64,000 nucleotides of DNA from the NCBI GenBank assembly GCA_964651115.1, contig CAZYXJ010000001.1, positions 213,077-277,076 on the forward strand, written 5' to 3'. Each line of letters opens with the position of its first letter. Within the stretch, counting starts at the first letter, position 1. Origin of the DNA: an uncultured Candidatus Saccharibacteria bacterium (GTDB lineage Bacteria > Patescibacteriota > Minisyncoccia > Phycocordibacterales > JACOZG01). The notes beneath the pieces were generated by a model. It had not been told where the DNA came from. It ran no database searches and was given only the letters and a program-made list of their open reading frames with translations. The position numbers were made by a program, and so were the translations under genes. Below are positions 18,728-28,571 of the stretch, in pieces.

Positions 18728-18760
18728 CACACAAAACCGCACAATGTGCGGTTTTGTGTT
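18728..18760. terminator. bidirectional rho-independent terminator
   Basis: cacaaaaccgcaca/tgtgcggttttgtg perfect palindrome abutting the restriction-modification gene stop. Confidence 0.45.
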
Positions 18761-21700
18761 ATAAGGCCACCTCATCAATTTCTCTCATAATTTTGTCTGT
18801 TTCCACCAAAGCAACAATAATTTTTTGATAGTGTTCAATATCGCCATTTGAAAGCATGCGACCCTTGCGGTCTTTCAACCACTTCTGCGCGGGTTGGTAG
18901 CCGCCGATGTAGAACGACCATGCGATCTCGGGGACGTTGCCAAAATACTGCGTTGCGTTGATGTATACACTGTCGCCCTTGCGAGTGATTTTCTCTACCT
19001 TGTTCGTGCCGACCTCGGGGTAGGTAGTGATGGGGGTGCGTACCGCCGCTGATTCGAGCAGGTGAAGTTCCCGGAGTTGTTTACCGAGCGCCGCGAGTGC
19101 GGCGAACTGCGCCTTATCTTTCGGATATGGGACGCGGGGGAAATCTATTCTAAGAAACTCCTTGTACTTCTCACGGTAGTTTGGTGAGTGCAGAACGGCG
19201 TAGACATAATCAAAGATATCCTCGGGCGTTGGTTCTTTTCCGACCAAAGAGGCAATCTGCTTCACAATGTCGCGGTTGAGGTTCGGTACACGAGTGCCGT
19301 CCCCCGCGTGTAAATAAAGTGGGACGTTCATGGCGTTTGTGGCTGTCGTTCCAGACAAGAATATTGCTTCGGAAATGGTATTTGTAACAAAGACGTGGTT
19401 GTAGTCAGCATCGCGGACGCTTTTTGTGACCAAAAGTCCGAGATTAGATCCTTGTAGGTAATGCTTCATTATTTTGTCTACCGGACGCCAAACTAGCGAT
19501 GAGTGGTAAAAGATCAGACGATCATCAAAAGGACGATATGCGATCTCTTTTACAAAGTTCGATAATTCATTTTCTTTCCGCAAAGCATCTCGAGCTTTCA
19601 ACGCATCCCAACCTTTTTTATCGCTGATACCAACCTCGGCGCACAATGCCCTTTGTGTGTTTGTTGTTGAGTTACGGAAACGTTCCGCGTTGGAAGCAAG
19701 ATTCTGGGTGTCACTGCCAATAACAAAGGCGTCTCTGGCTGTAACCACCCCATTCCCGTTTTCAATAAAGAGGTCTTTGATAGAAATGTTTTTTATGTAT
19801 TGAGCTTTTGTTTTCTCATCTCGCACTGTCCATTCGTAGTTTTGCGACTTGGGAGCGAGCTCGTGCCAGTGCATGGAGCCAAGTTCCATTTCATTGAGAC
19901 ACTCGAACTTCGTTCGCTTCGTTCCGAAACAGTCGGCGCGATAGACGTTGGCGAGAGAGCCCGAGCGTTTTCCTTTGCGGCGTACGCCAATAAGAATCGA
20001 GACGCCCTGTTTGATAGCGAACACGTTTTCATCTTTGCCACCATCGGGGGCTTTTTCTTTCTTGTTGGAATTTCCGTGGAGGTCGAGAACGTAAATCTCG
20101 CTGAACGTCTCCATGAGGTGATAGCGCATACCCCGAAACGTTGGGTTGTCGATGTACCCGTGTGCAGTAATCATTCCGACAATACCCTCACCGGTTTGTT
20201 CGATAAGACTCTCGGCGAAGCGAATGAACTTCACGTAGTCATCGTTTATCCATTTGCTGTTGCGTTCTTTGAGCTTTTGCGAAGTACCCGGCTCAACCTT
20301 GTAGACATCGTGCCCTGTGTACTCCTTGTTACTTGACTCTCCTGCGTAGGGGGGATTTCCTATCACAATCATTATCGGTGTGTCGTTCTTGATGCGAGCA
20401 GCGGCACGACTCTCCTCACTAATACTCTGTGCGAGACCGAGCATGCCAAAGAGCGAATCGTCAGGGCGCTCCGCTTTCTCAAGAGAGTTCGTGAGATACA
20501 CGCCGATACGGTCTTTGAAATCTTTTGCACCGGACTCGCGGAGGGTGGCGGCAAGTTTGAGGTGAGCGATGGTATAGGGCGCCATCATAAGCTCGAAGCC
20601 GTGGAGACGAGGGAGGAGGTCTTCATTCACGTAGCCACTGAATCGTCCTTCCTGTCCGGCGAATGTGCGACGGATGAGACGTATCGTCTCGTTAAGGAAG
20701 GTGCCAGTGCCAGTTGCTGGATCGAGCACCTGCACTTTGTGAATGGTGTCCTTCACTTTCTTGCCCTGCACCATTCGCGTGATATCTATCTTCTTCGTGT
20801 CGGCGAGACCTTGGGGTAGGTCGAAGTCGCGTTTGAGAATGGCATCAACCGAGCGCACGATGAAGTGCACGACGGCGGGTGGTGTGTAATACGCACCAAG
20901 CTTCTTTCGCTCTACTGGGTCGTATGCTTTGAGAAAGTCCTCGTAAAAGTGGATGACAGGGTCGGGCGCCGCCTGTTCTGCGCCCCATAGGTCTTGCTTG
21001 TAAATCTGTTGCATGAGTGCGCGGACATTAGCGTTGCCGAACACTTTGCAGAGGTCGTCGACGATTGGCTTCAATCGGTCGTCAAAGTCAGCACCGGCGA
21101 TGTGGTCGAAGAAGCGACGCAGGAGAGGGTTTGAGTGCGGGATAAGCTCACGCGCTTCTGCTCGTGTGAAGTCTTTGGGGGATTCATCGTGATACCTCGC
21201 GACGAAAAGACCGTACACGAGCGTCTGCGCATACATGTCGGTGAAGTCGTCGAGCGAAAGATCGTGGATGAGTTGCGATTTGAACGCCTCGTAGATGTCG
21301 AGGAGAGGTTTATTCTTGGGACTATCCGTTTTAAGAAAGCGCAGCAGATTGGCGCGGAGGCGCTTGCCGTTCTCTCCCATGATTTCGGCGAGGCGGTTCG
21401 CACGGCGCACCGGCTCCGCCGCATCTTCGAGGAAGGCTCGAATTGTGGTTTCTAAAAGGGCATATGAGTTTCCGTCCGGTGAAAGTGTCTCAAGGTCACT
21501 TATTACGATGGGGTCGCAATACGCTCCGCCATGCTTGTAGAAGCGAAACTCGAGATAATTCGTAAGGATGAGGTTAGCATAGCCAAAGTAACGTTTGAGT
21601 TGTTCCCCCTTGACGATATCGTCGAGGTTCTCCCCGAGACGCTTGGTCTCGACATAGCCGACTGGAAATCCGCCCTTGATGAGGGCAAAGTCGGGGGCAC

Positions 21701-21863
21701 CAAACTCGATCTTTCCCGGCTCATTCACCGCGTCCACGTCGGGAAGCATTGCCTCAAGTAGCACCTTAAGTGCGGGGCGGTGCTGGTGTTCTAGATCTTT
21801 GGTACCCACGCTGGAAGTCGCACTACGAGTTCGTGCAATTGCAGAAAGGTATGTTTCTAGCAT
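18759..21863 (-). CDS. Type IIL/IIG restriction-modification enzyme (MmeI family): fused endonuclease, N6-adenine methyltransferase and target-recognition domain
   Basis: About 1034 aa from the ATG at 21863 (MLETYLS...). N-terminal PD-(D/E)xK-like D...ETK nuclease region; gamma-class amino-MTase motifs GAYYTP (X), VLDPATGTGTFL (I) and VIGNPPYAG (IV); long C-terminal TRD. Architecture matches MmeI/BREX-PglX-like enzymes. Confidence 0.7.
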   Translation of the reverse strand: MLETYLSAIARTRSATSSVGTKDLEHQHRPALKVLLEAMLPDVDAVNEPGKIEFGAPDFALIKGGFPVGYVETKRLGENLDDIVKGEQLKRYFGYANLILTNYLEFRFYKHGGAYCDPIVISDLETLSPDGNSYALLETTIRAFLEDAAEPVRRANRLAEIMGENGKRLRANLLRFLKTDSPKNKPLLDIYEAFKSQLIHDLSLDDFTDMYAQTLVYGLFVARYHDESPKDFTRAEARELIPHSNPLLRRFFDHIAGADFDDRLKPIVDDLCKVFGNANVRALMQQIYKQDLWGAEQAAPDPVIHFYEDFLKAYDPVERKKLGAYYTPPAVVHFIVRSVDAILKRDFDLPQGLADTKKIDITRMVQGKKVKDTIHKVQVLDPATGTGTFLNETIRLIRRTFAGQEGRFSGYVNEDLLPRLHGFELMMAPYTIAHLKLAATLRESGAKDFKDRIGVYLTNSLEKAERPDDSLFGMLGLAQSISEESRAAARIKNDTPIMIVIGNPPYAGESSNKEYTGHDVYKVEPGTSQKLKERNSKWINDDYVKFIRFAESLIEQTGEGIVGMITAHGYIDNPTFRGMRYHLMETFSEIYVLDLHGNSNKKEKAPDGGKDENVFAIKQGVSILIGVRRKGKRSGSLANVYRADCFGTKRTKFECLNEMELGSMHWHELAPKSQNYEWTVRDEKTKAQYIKNISIKDLFIENGNGVVTARDAFVIGSDTQNLASNAERFRNSTTNTQRALCAEVGISDKKGWDALKARDALRKENELSNFVKEIAYRPFDDRLIFYHSSLVWRPVDKIMKHYLQGSNLGLLVTKSVRDADYNHVFVTNTISEAIFLSGTTATNAMNVPLYLHAGDGTRVPNLNRDIVKQIASLVGKEPTPEDIFDYVYAVLHSPNYREKYKEFLRIDFPRVPYPKDKAQFAALAALGKQLRELHLLESAAVRTPITTYPEVGTNKVEKITRKGDSVYINATQYFGNVPEIAWSFYIGGYQPAQKWLKDRKGRMLSNGDIEHYQKIIVALVETDKIMREIDEVAL

Positions 21864-21962
21864 GTTTTGAATTCCTGTATAAATAGCCTTCGGCCATATT
21901 ACCACCAAGCACAGGAGTTCACCACTCCAACGGCCCGGCTCTCTAAGTAACAGAAAAGACCC

Positions 21963-21996
21963 TTGCTTAAAAGCAAGGGTCTTGATTAGCGATTCG
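21963..21996 (-). terminator. rho-independent terminator
   Basis: agacccttgctt/aagcaagggtct 12-bp stem followed on the minus strand by a T-rich tract; downstream of the PEP-CTERM gene. Confidence 0.45.
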
Positions 21997-22008
21997 GGGG
22001 GGTAAGAA

Positions 22009-22584
22009 CTACGTTTTACGCCGGCGGCGAGCGCACAGTGGCGCCGCCAACCCAAGGAGCACGAGGCTCGTCGGCTCCGGCAAGCCGGAGCCCCGAAGAA
22101 AGATGAGGTTGGTACGGAACTCGTCCGCACCAAACTCTAACCAATTCCCCACGGCGCTGGGGTCTGAACTCCAACTGAGCCGCTCCAACTGCAAGGCATA
22201 ATAGCCCGACAGTCGAGGCTCTAGCATCGCACCAACATGGAAGCGCCTCTTCTCCCCCTCCGCTATTAAGTAAAAGTCTTGCCCATCACTGGGGGAAGAA
22301 CTTGTACTCAAAAACGCCATCATCGGCGATCCTACCCCCGGGGTGGCGAAGTTGAAGAACGAATACTGGAGCAGCGGTGATGGCCTGGCGGACAGCCGTG
22401 GAACATAGACATCCCCGGAGATGGCGATGATATCGAACCACATCCGGAAGTAACCGATGCTCCCCTCCTCGAAGTCTTTCTGCCAGACTTCCGCCTGACT
22501 GGAAACCAACGTCGCCACCGGCGACGCTACCGCAACGGAACACGTCACCAACGCCGCCGCCACAAAGGAAAACAGACGGTTCAT
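22009..22584 (-). CDS. secreted protein with PEP-CTERM-like sorting signal
   Basis: 191 aa; N-terminal signal peptide; C-terminus ...GLPEPTSLVLLGLAAPLCARRRRKT is a PEP motif, hydrophobic helix and Arg cluster; AAGGGG RBS upstream. Confidence 0.5.
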   Translation of the reverse strand: MNRLFSFVAAALVTCSVAVASPVATLVSSQAEVWQKDFEEGSIGYFRMWFDIIAISGDVYVPRLSARPSPLLQYSFFNFATPGVGSPMMAFLSTSSSPSDGQDFYLIAEGEKRRFHVGAMLEPRLSGYYALQLERLSWSSDPSAVGNWLEFGADEFRTNLIFLRGSGLPEPTSLVLLGLAAPLCARRRRKT

Positions 22585-22691
22585 TTTTAGCCCCTTTTTC
22601 TTTTTAAGGTCCTAGGAAAGTTGGCCCAACGCCAACTGACTGCTCAACTATATACTATATTTTCTATATTGTCAATAGGTAGGGATTCGAG

Positions 22692-23507
22692 CTATCGTTG
22701 AGCGTGTTTTAGGATCCATTTGGTGTGTTCGTTTTTGGACTTCGACCAAGCGGCAATGAGCTTTTTAGCTTCTTTTGGGTTTACCTTGACCCAGTCTCGG
22801 ACATGATTGGCGACTGATTTTTTGACAAATTTTATCTCGTCTTCTTTGAGTAATTCGAGGATTTCAAAAATTGGCTTTGGGTTCTCGTTCCACACATCAA
22901 GCTTCGGTGCCCAGGGTAGTTTGGGGCGAAGTCCTTCGGTTGCAAGTCGGCGGAGGTGAAAATTTTTGCTTTTTGCCCATTTGTTACATATCGCAAGAGT
23001 TTTCTCAGGATACTTACGAGCATACGGACGAATAGCATATTCTCCCGTGTTTCTTTTGGTAATTTCTTCGATAGCTTTTATTGACAGCGCAAAGTGATCA
23101 AGCCCGTATTTCTCGACAAATTTTCCAACCGGCATGAGCCAATAAAAATTAGTAAACATACCAGTTTCTTCTTTGTTTTCTGGCCCGAGTATTTGCAAAA
23201 GGATATCAAGTGCTTCCGGATATTTTTCTGGTAGATACTGCTTGAGTAGATCCGCAATGATTCCGATCCGTTGCGTGTAGCTCTTACCAACAACTGCTCG
23301 TTTAGTATCGCGAACAAAACCTTTCGTATCAAAATTTTTATATACGGCCGATATTTTCTCCGCAAGCATTACTGCCAAATCTTCTCCGAACACCTCCGTG
23401 ATTGAGATTCTGTCAGTCATTGCGGTGGATTCTGAAATTAGTTCGAACGGAATTCGCTCCTCGCCGCGCACACTAACAATTTTAAGTTTTTCTTTAGCGG
23501 AATACAA
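22692..23507 (-). CDS. DNA alkylation repair protein (AlkD-like HEAT-repeat family)
   Basis: 271 aa alpha-helical repeat protein with features of the PF08713 alkylation-repair family; AT-rich. Confidence 0.5.
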   Translation of the reverse strand: MYSAKEKLKIVSVRGEERIPFELISESTAMTDRISITEVFGEDLAVMLAEKISAVYKNFDTKGFVRDTKRAVVGKSYTQRIGIIADLLKQYLPEKYPEALDILLQILGPENKEETGMFTNFYWLMPVGKFVEKYGLDHFALSIKAIEEITKRNTGEYAIRPYARKYPEKTLAICNKWAKSKNFHLRRLATEGLRPKLPWAPKLDVWNENPKPIFEILELLKEDEIKFVKKSVANHVRDWVKVNPKEAKKLIAAWSKSKNEHTKWILKHAQR

Positions 23508-23600
23508 ATTCGAGCGTGCGAAGCACGCACAATTGTTCTTTTAAAAGAAAAGTGCCCAGACCGAAGTCCAGGCACTTGCACCATCAGTTGCTGTGATGTT

Positions 23601-24434
23601 TCAACGGGAGGATGGAACGAGCCGAAGCAACCGCACCGAGACGATCTCGTAGTTGAGAACACCGAGGAGCGCTCCTGCGATTGCGCCGATGATGGCACTG
23701 CCAAATGTGTAGCCGATGGCGGCACCGATTGTGGCATCGACGAAGCAGATCGTCCGGCGTTGTGAGTGAACGTACACGAACACACCAGCGACGAACTGCG
23801 CGAGGGCGCTCGCCACGCGGCGCACACCATTGATTGTCGCGGGCACTGCACGCGCAATCGCTGACGGTGTACGAACGGCGACCCACTTCAGTCCGCGAAT
23901 GACCGCAAGGGTTGCGCCGATTGGATTGCAGTGGAGAATAAACATCCACCCTATCTCGGCGATATCGCGGAGTCCCTGTTCGCGGTCTGCCGCATCTTTC
24001 GCGCCACTCGAAATGCTAACTGTCATGAACCACCCCAGAAGTGCGCCCATGACCGAAAAGACGAGCATTGACCAGAGCGTACCGACGAGAACCGGCACGG
24101 GATTGTCGCTGAAGTAAGCGAACGCGACTCCTCCAACGCCGACGATTGACGAGTACATCATGACGACACCTCCCGACATCACCACGAGTGTTTTCCACCC
24201 GTGCAAATCGGGACGCCACGCGATCGTGCGGCGGTAGGAATGGACGACACCGGCGCAGAAGTGCCGAAAGTCGATCGCGACATAAGCGGTGATACCGCCG
24301 ACCAAAGCGCCGAAAGCGCACAGATACGAGCCGTACTCGAATCGTGTCGAGATCTCGAGTGCGGTCAGGGTGCCGACCAAAGCGCCGAAAGCGCACGCAA
24401 GGGCGATTGAAAGCCAGTCACGTGTCATGTTCAT
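23601..24434 (-). CDS. hypothetical multi-pass membrane protein
   Basis: About 277 aa from the ATG at 24434, which is preceded by a GGAGGT RBS; several TM helices; internal 25-bp direct repeat (about 24297 and 24373). Confidence 0.45.
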   Translation of the reverse strand: MNMTRDWLSIALACAFGALVGTLTALEISTRFEYGSYLCAFGALVGGITAYVAIDFRHFCAGVVHSYRRTIAWRPDLHGWKTLVVMSGGVVMMYSSIVGVGGVAFAYFSDNPVPVLVGTLWSMLVFSVMGALLGWFMTVSISSGAKDAADREQGLRDIAEIGWMFILHCNPIGATLAVIRGLKWVAVRTPSAIARAVPATINGVRRVASALAQFVAGVFVYVHSQRRTICFVDATIGAAIGYTFGSAIIGAIAGALLGVLNYEIVSVRLLRLVPSSR

Positions 24435-24647
24435 TTTTACCTCCACTTTTCAAGGTTCAATTTATCTAAGCAACGTGCCTAGATTTCGGAGCAATCATAG
24501 CATTATTTACCTAATACGTCAAGAAGCAGCGTTTAGCTGCTTCTTGGAAAAATTCAGAATGAAAAAATTTCTTTTTCGCCAAAAATCCCATACAAATTAG
24601 CCGCCGAGCGCAGGGAGGCGGGCAACTCGCATTTACAATTTCCTTTC

Positions 24648-24737
<90 letters not shown>

Positions 24738-24749
24738 GTAAGTGCTATC

Positions 24750-25619
24750 TTACCACCGTCCGCTGGCGCCGCCACCACCACTAGATCCCCCGCCAAAGCC
24801 ACCAAAGCCGCCGCTCGAATGTCCCCCACCACCGCCTCCAAAGCCACCAATCGTCCAACCACCGCCGCCATTGATCTTACCCCCCTTTTCCACAAAGCGC
24901 GAAACAAAAAAGTCGAGTAGCAAGCCGCCCAGCGCCAGCCCGGCCACGCCGATCCACGGCAAGCTACCAAAGTAGGCCCACAGCGCTCCCACGACACCAC
25001 CCACCACGCCACCGTGCCACCAAGACTTAGAGCGACCAAAAATTTGTATCGCGATAATAAGAACAAAGTAAAACAAGGTCGGCCACAACTGACTCCAATC
25101 CGTCGGCGGTTGGGCCAAGTCAGGAGGCACCGCACCCGAAAGCGTCGTAACGAGGGCCCGCGCGCCTTCCACGGTGCCTAACGAGAGATTGTTGCCAGCA
25201 AAGAGTGGCAACATAATCTGATCAATAATCTTCCAAGCCGTCGCGTCGGGCAGGTCACCCTCGAGGCCATAGCCCACTTCGATCCGCACTTCTCGCTCAT
25301 TGGGCGCCACCAAGAGCAGGACGCCATTATCTTTCTCGCTGGTCCCAATGGCCCACTCTTCAAACAAGGCGACGGCATAAGTCTCGATTGTCTCGTCGCC
25401 GAGCGCGGGCACCGTCACCACGGCGATCTCGTTGGTCGTTTCCCGGCGATGAGCGGCCAACTCTGACTCCAGCAGGACCTCTTCGGCGTCATCAATCACG
25501 CCAGCAAAGTCATTAACCAAACCACGGGGATTGCCCGGGCTCGTGTAGGCCCACAGCAAAATCGGCATCACGAGGATGCCGAGTCCGCCGACCACTCGCG
25601 AGCGCCAGGTGGTGGTCAT
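24750..25619 (-). CDS. TPM-domain (TLP18.3/Psb32/MOLO-1) protein with Gly-rich C-terminal tail
   Basis: 289 aa; N-terminal TM/signal, TPM phosphatase-like domain, a second TM helix, and a GGFGGGGGG tail; adjacent to LemA as is typical. Confidence 0.7.
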   Translation of the reverse strand: MTTTWRSRVVGGLGILVMPILLWAYTSPGNPRGLVNDFAGVIDDAEEVLLESELAAHRRETTNEIAVVTVPALGDETIETYAVALFEEWAIGTSEKDNGVLLLVAPNEREVRIEVGYGLEGDLPDATAWKIIDQIMLPLFAGNNLSLGTVEGARALVTTLSGAVPPDLAQPPTDWSQLWPTLFYFVLIIAIQIFGRSKSWWHGGVVGGVVGALWAYFGSLPWIGVAGLALGGLLLDFFVSRFVEKGGKINGGGGWTIGGFGGGGGGHSSGGFGGFGGGSSGGGGASGRW

Positions 25620-25625
25620 GATTTT

Positions 25626-26180
25626 TTAGAGATTAACGGCTGGGACAGCGTCCGTGCCCTCGGCCGCTTCAAAGTAAGCCCGTTCGTCAAAGCCAGCTAG
25701 CCGAGCCACCACACTGCCCGGAAAGCGCTTCGCGATCAAGTTGTAATCCCGAATCGTGTCGTTAAAGCGCTTACGCTCCACGCTCACTCGATTTTCCGTT
25801 CCTTCCAACTGGACCATCAAGCCCTGAACGGTTTCGACCGAACGGAGAGCCGGATAATTTTCCATCACCACCAAGAGACGGGCAAGACCAGTCTCCACCG
25901 CGCTGGCGGCTGAGGCCTTGTCGTTAACCGTCGCCGCGCCGGCATAGCGCGTGCGCGCCTCGGCCAAATTCTCAAAAATAGTTTTTTCTTGCGTCATAAA
26001 GCCGCGCACACTCGCCACGAGATTAGGGATCAGATCGAAGCGTCGCTGATATTGCACTTCCACTTGCGCCCACTGACTATCGGCCACCTCATTTTTCGTA
26101 ATCAACGAATTGTAGGTCAACCAAAAGTAACCACCCACCAACAGCACCAACACCACAATGATTAGCCAGGTTTTTTTCAT
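25626..26180 (-). CDS. LemA family protein
   Basis: 184 aa; N-terminal TM helix and a LemA domain (...QWAQVEVQYQRRFDLIPNLV...). Confidence 0.8.
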   Translation of the reverse strand: MKKTWLIIVVLVLLVGGYFWLTYNSLITKNEVADSQWAQVEVQYQRRFDLIPNLVASVRGFMTQEKTIFENLAEARTRYAGAATVNDKASAASAVETGLARLLVVMENYPALRSVETVQGLMVQLEGTENRVSVERKRFNDTIRDYNLIAKRFPGSVVARLAGFDERAYFEAAEGTDAVPAVNL

Positions 26181-26204
26181 AGTCTTTATCTTAGCACGAC
26201 GGGC

Positions 26205-27863
26205 TTAGTAATCCATCCCACCCATACCCGGATGAGCATGACCGCCGGCCGCGGCCGACTTCTCCTCCGGCTCATCAGTCACCGCCACCTCGGTGGTTAA
26301 GAGGATGGCCGCCGCACTGGCCGCGCGCTCGATGCCCGTGCGCGTCACCTTCACCGGATCAACGATGCCCGCCGCAAACATATCCGGCACAATCTCGTCA
26401 GCGTTAGCATCATAACCCTCATTGCCCTTGGCTGATTTGATCTTCTCCACAATCACTTCCCCATTATCTTTGCCCGCGTTAATGGCAATTTGTCGGAGCG
26501 GCGCCTCTAGCGCCTTAAGAACGATCTTAACGCCCGTAGCAAACTCGTCAGCAATATCGGGCGAGGTGGGCTTAAGCGTCTTACTACCAACCTTGGCTCC
26601 GGCCCGTACCAGGGCCGTGCCACCACCAGAGACAATACCCTCTTCGATGGCCGCCTTCGTCGCCTCGACGGCATCTTCGACTTTTAATTTTAAATACTTC
26701 ATCTCCGCTTCGGTCGAGGCGCCCACGCGGATCACGGCAACGCCACCCGACAACTTACCCAAGCGCTCCCGCAGCTTTTCCTTATCATAAGACGATTCGG
26801 TCGTCTCCAGCTGAGTCTTGATCTGGGCCACCCGCTCCTGGATGTCGGCCTTCTTGCCGGCCCCGCCCACGATCGTGGTGCCATCCTTAGTCGCCACCAC
26901 CTTGCGCGCTCGACCCAACTGCTTAAGCTCGACCGTTTCTAACTTCAAGCCCAAACTCTCCGAGATCAATTGACCGCCCGTCAGCGCGGCAATGTCCTCG
27001 AGCATCTCTTTGCGACGATCGCCATAACCCGGCGCCTTAATCGCGAGAGTGTGGAAGATTCCCCGGATCTTATTTAGCACCAGGGTAGGCAGCGCTTCGC
27101 CATCAACATCTTCCGCGATAATCACCAACTCTTTCTTACCGGTCTGGGCCAACTTTTCCAGCAGAGGCAAGATGTCTTTAATTGACGAGATCTTACGGTC
27201 GGTGATCAAAATTGACGCGTCATTATAGACGGCCTCCATCCGCTCCGAGTCAGTGATCATGTAGGGCGAAACGTAACCCTTATCAAACTGCATACCTTCC
27301 ACCAACTCACTCTCGACGCCAAAAGATTGAGACTCCTCCACCGTCACCACGCCGTCCTTGCCGACTTGCTCAATCGCCTCGGCAATAATGGCGCCAAACT
27401 CTTCGCTCTCCGCCGAGATGGCCGCTACTTGCCGGATCTCTTCGCTCGACTTAATCGGCTTAGCCAGTGATTTGAGCGCTTCCACTACTTCGCGCGCGGC
27501 GGCCTCAATCCCCAAGCGGACGCCCATGGCATTAGCGCCAAGCGTCGTCTTTTTAAAACCTTCTTCGATAATCGCCTGAGCCAAAACGACGGCCGTTGTC
27601 GTCCCATCACCGGCCATGTCGTTGGTCTTGCCGGCGACGTCTTTAATAATCTCCGCGCCCAAATTTTCGACGCGATTCTTGAGAGTAATTTCTTTCGCGA
27701 TCGAAACGCCGTCGTTAGTAATCGTCGGCGCGCCAAAACCTTTATCCAAAATGACGTTGCGACCCTTGGGGCCGATGGTAATTTTTACCGCGCTTGCGAC
27801 CGCGTCCACGCCCCGCTTAATCGCCTGCCGCGCCTCATCTCCGTACAGAATTTGTTTTGCCAT
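26205..27863 (-). CDS. groL: chaperonin GroEL
   Basis: 552 aa; [13 protein letters not shown]-terminus; GGM repeat C-terminus. Confidence 0.95.
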   Translation of the reverse strand: MAKQILYGDEARQAIKRGVDAVASAVKITIGPKGRNVILDKGFGAPTITNDGVSIAKEITLKNRVENLGAEIIKDVAGKTNDMAGDGTTTAVVLAQAIIEEGFKKTTLGANAMGVRLGIEAAAREVVEALKSLAKPIKSSEEIRQVAAISAESEEFGAIIAEAIEQVGKDGVVTVEESQSFGVESELVEGMQFDKGYVSPYMITDSERMEAVYNDASILITDRKISSIKDILPLLEKLAQTGKKELVIIAEDVDGEALPTLVLNKIRGIFHTLAIKAPGYGDRRKEMLEDIAALTGGQLISESLGLKLETVELKQLGRARKVVATKDGTTIVGGAGKKADIQERVAQIKTQLETTESSYDKEKLRERLGKLSGGVAVIRVGASTEAEMKYLKLKVEDAVEATKAAIEEGIVSGGGTALVRAGAKVGSKTLKPTSPDIADEFATGVKIVLKALEAPLRQIAINAGKDNGEVIVEKIKSAKGNEGYDANADEIVPDMFAAGIVDPVKVTRTGIERAASAAAILLTTEVAVTDEPEEKSAAAGGHAHPGMGGMDY

Positions 27864-27884
27864 AGTGTCTTTTTAGTTAGTGGA

Positions 27885-28190
27885 TTATTCGATGACGGCC
27901 AAAATATTGGCTTCGCTAATAATGAAGTATTCCTTGCCCTCGACCTTAATCTCGTCCGGTCCATATTTAGAGAAGATGATCCGATCACCCTTCTTGACGC
28001 TCGGCGCGATCCGCGAACCATCTTCGGTGAGCCGACCAGGACCAACGGCCACCACCGTCCCTTGCTCGCCCCGCTCCTTAGACACCGTCTCCGGGATGAT
28101 GATCCCGCTTTTGGTCTGCTGTAATTCGGCTGCCGAAAGAGGCAGAACCAACACCCGATCACCCAATGGCTTAATGTTGATCTTGCTCAT
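27885..28190 (-). CDS. groS: co-chaperonin GroES
   Basis: 101 aa; MSKINIKPLGDRVLV... Confidence 0.9.
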   Translation of the reverse strand: MSKINIKPLGDRVLVLPLSAAELQQTKSGIIIPETVSKERGEQGTVVAVGPGRLTEDGSRIAPSVKKGDRIIFSKYGPDEIKVEGKEYFIISEANILAVIE

Positions 28191-28223
28191 ATTATTTTTA
28201 GATTACCTAATAATGCGGCTTTC

Positions 28224-28251
28224 ATTATAATGGCCCTGGGCGCTTCGTCAA
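28224..28251 (-). promoter_or_regulatory. putative sigma70-type promoter of groES-groEL
   Basis: On the minus strand: TTGACG, a 16-nt spacer, then TATAAT, about 35 nt upstream of the groES ATG; no CIRCE inverted repeat seen. Confidence 0.4.
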
Positions 28252-28296
28252 ATCGAGTTGCATTCTTTGTCGACCATGTTATACTCCCGGGCATAG

Positions 28297-28527
28297 ATGG
28301 AAACTCTCATCAACATCCTCCCGTGGATTCACGCGGCGGTAGCCATTCTGTTGGTAGTCGTTATTTTGATCCAACGCAGTAGCGAGGGTCTTGGTAGCGC
28401 CTTCGGCGGATCCAGCACCGGCGGCGTCTTTCACACCAAGCGCGGTCTCGAGAAACATCTATTTATCCTGACGGTAATCCTCGCCATCGGTTTTGGTCTC
28501 ACTAGTCTAGCCCAACTTCTGTTTTAA
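28297..28527 (+). CDS. secG: preprotein translocase subunit SecG
   Basis: 76 aa; two TM helices with a Gly-rich loop (GSAFGGSSTGG). Confidence 0.7.
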   Translation: METLINILPWIHAAVAILLVVVILIQRSSEGLGSAFGGSSTGGVFHTKRGLEKHLFILTVILAIGFGLTSLAQLLF

Positions 28528-28571
28528 ACGATTACCTTAAGATTTAGACTTAAAACTTTCGCCATCAATCA

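Noticed and set aside
23438-23949. Overlapping minus-strand ORFs 23438-23857 and 23584-23949
   Set aside because: They are other frames of the 23601-24434 membrane-protein gene region and of its upstream intergenic sequence. They have no start context or domain support.
24447-24647. Integrase or att repeat next to tRNA-Ser
   Set aside because: No recombinase ORF and no obvious repeat of the tRNA 3' end were visible. The 11-bp stem hairpin at about 24497-24530 looks like a terminator.
28191-28296. CIRCE (HrcA) operator upstream of groES
   Set aside because: No TTAGCACTC...GAGTGCTAA inverted repeat is present. Only a sigma70-like promoter was seen.
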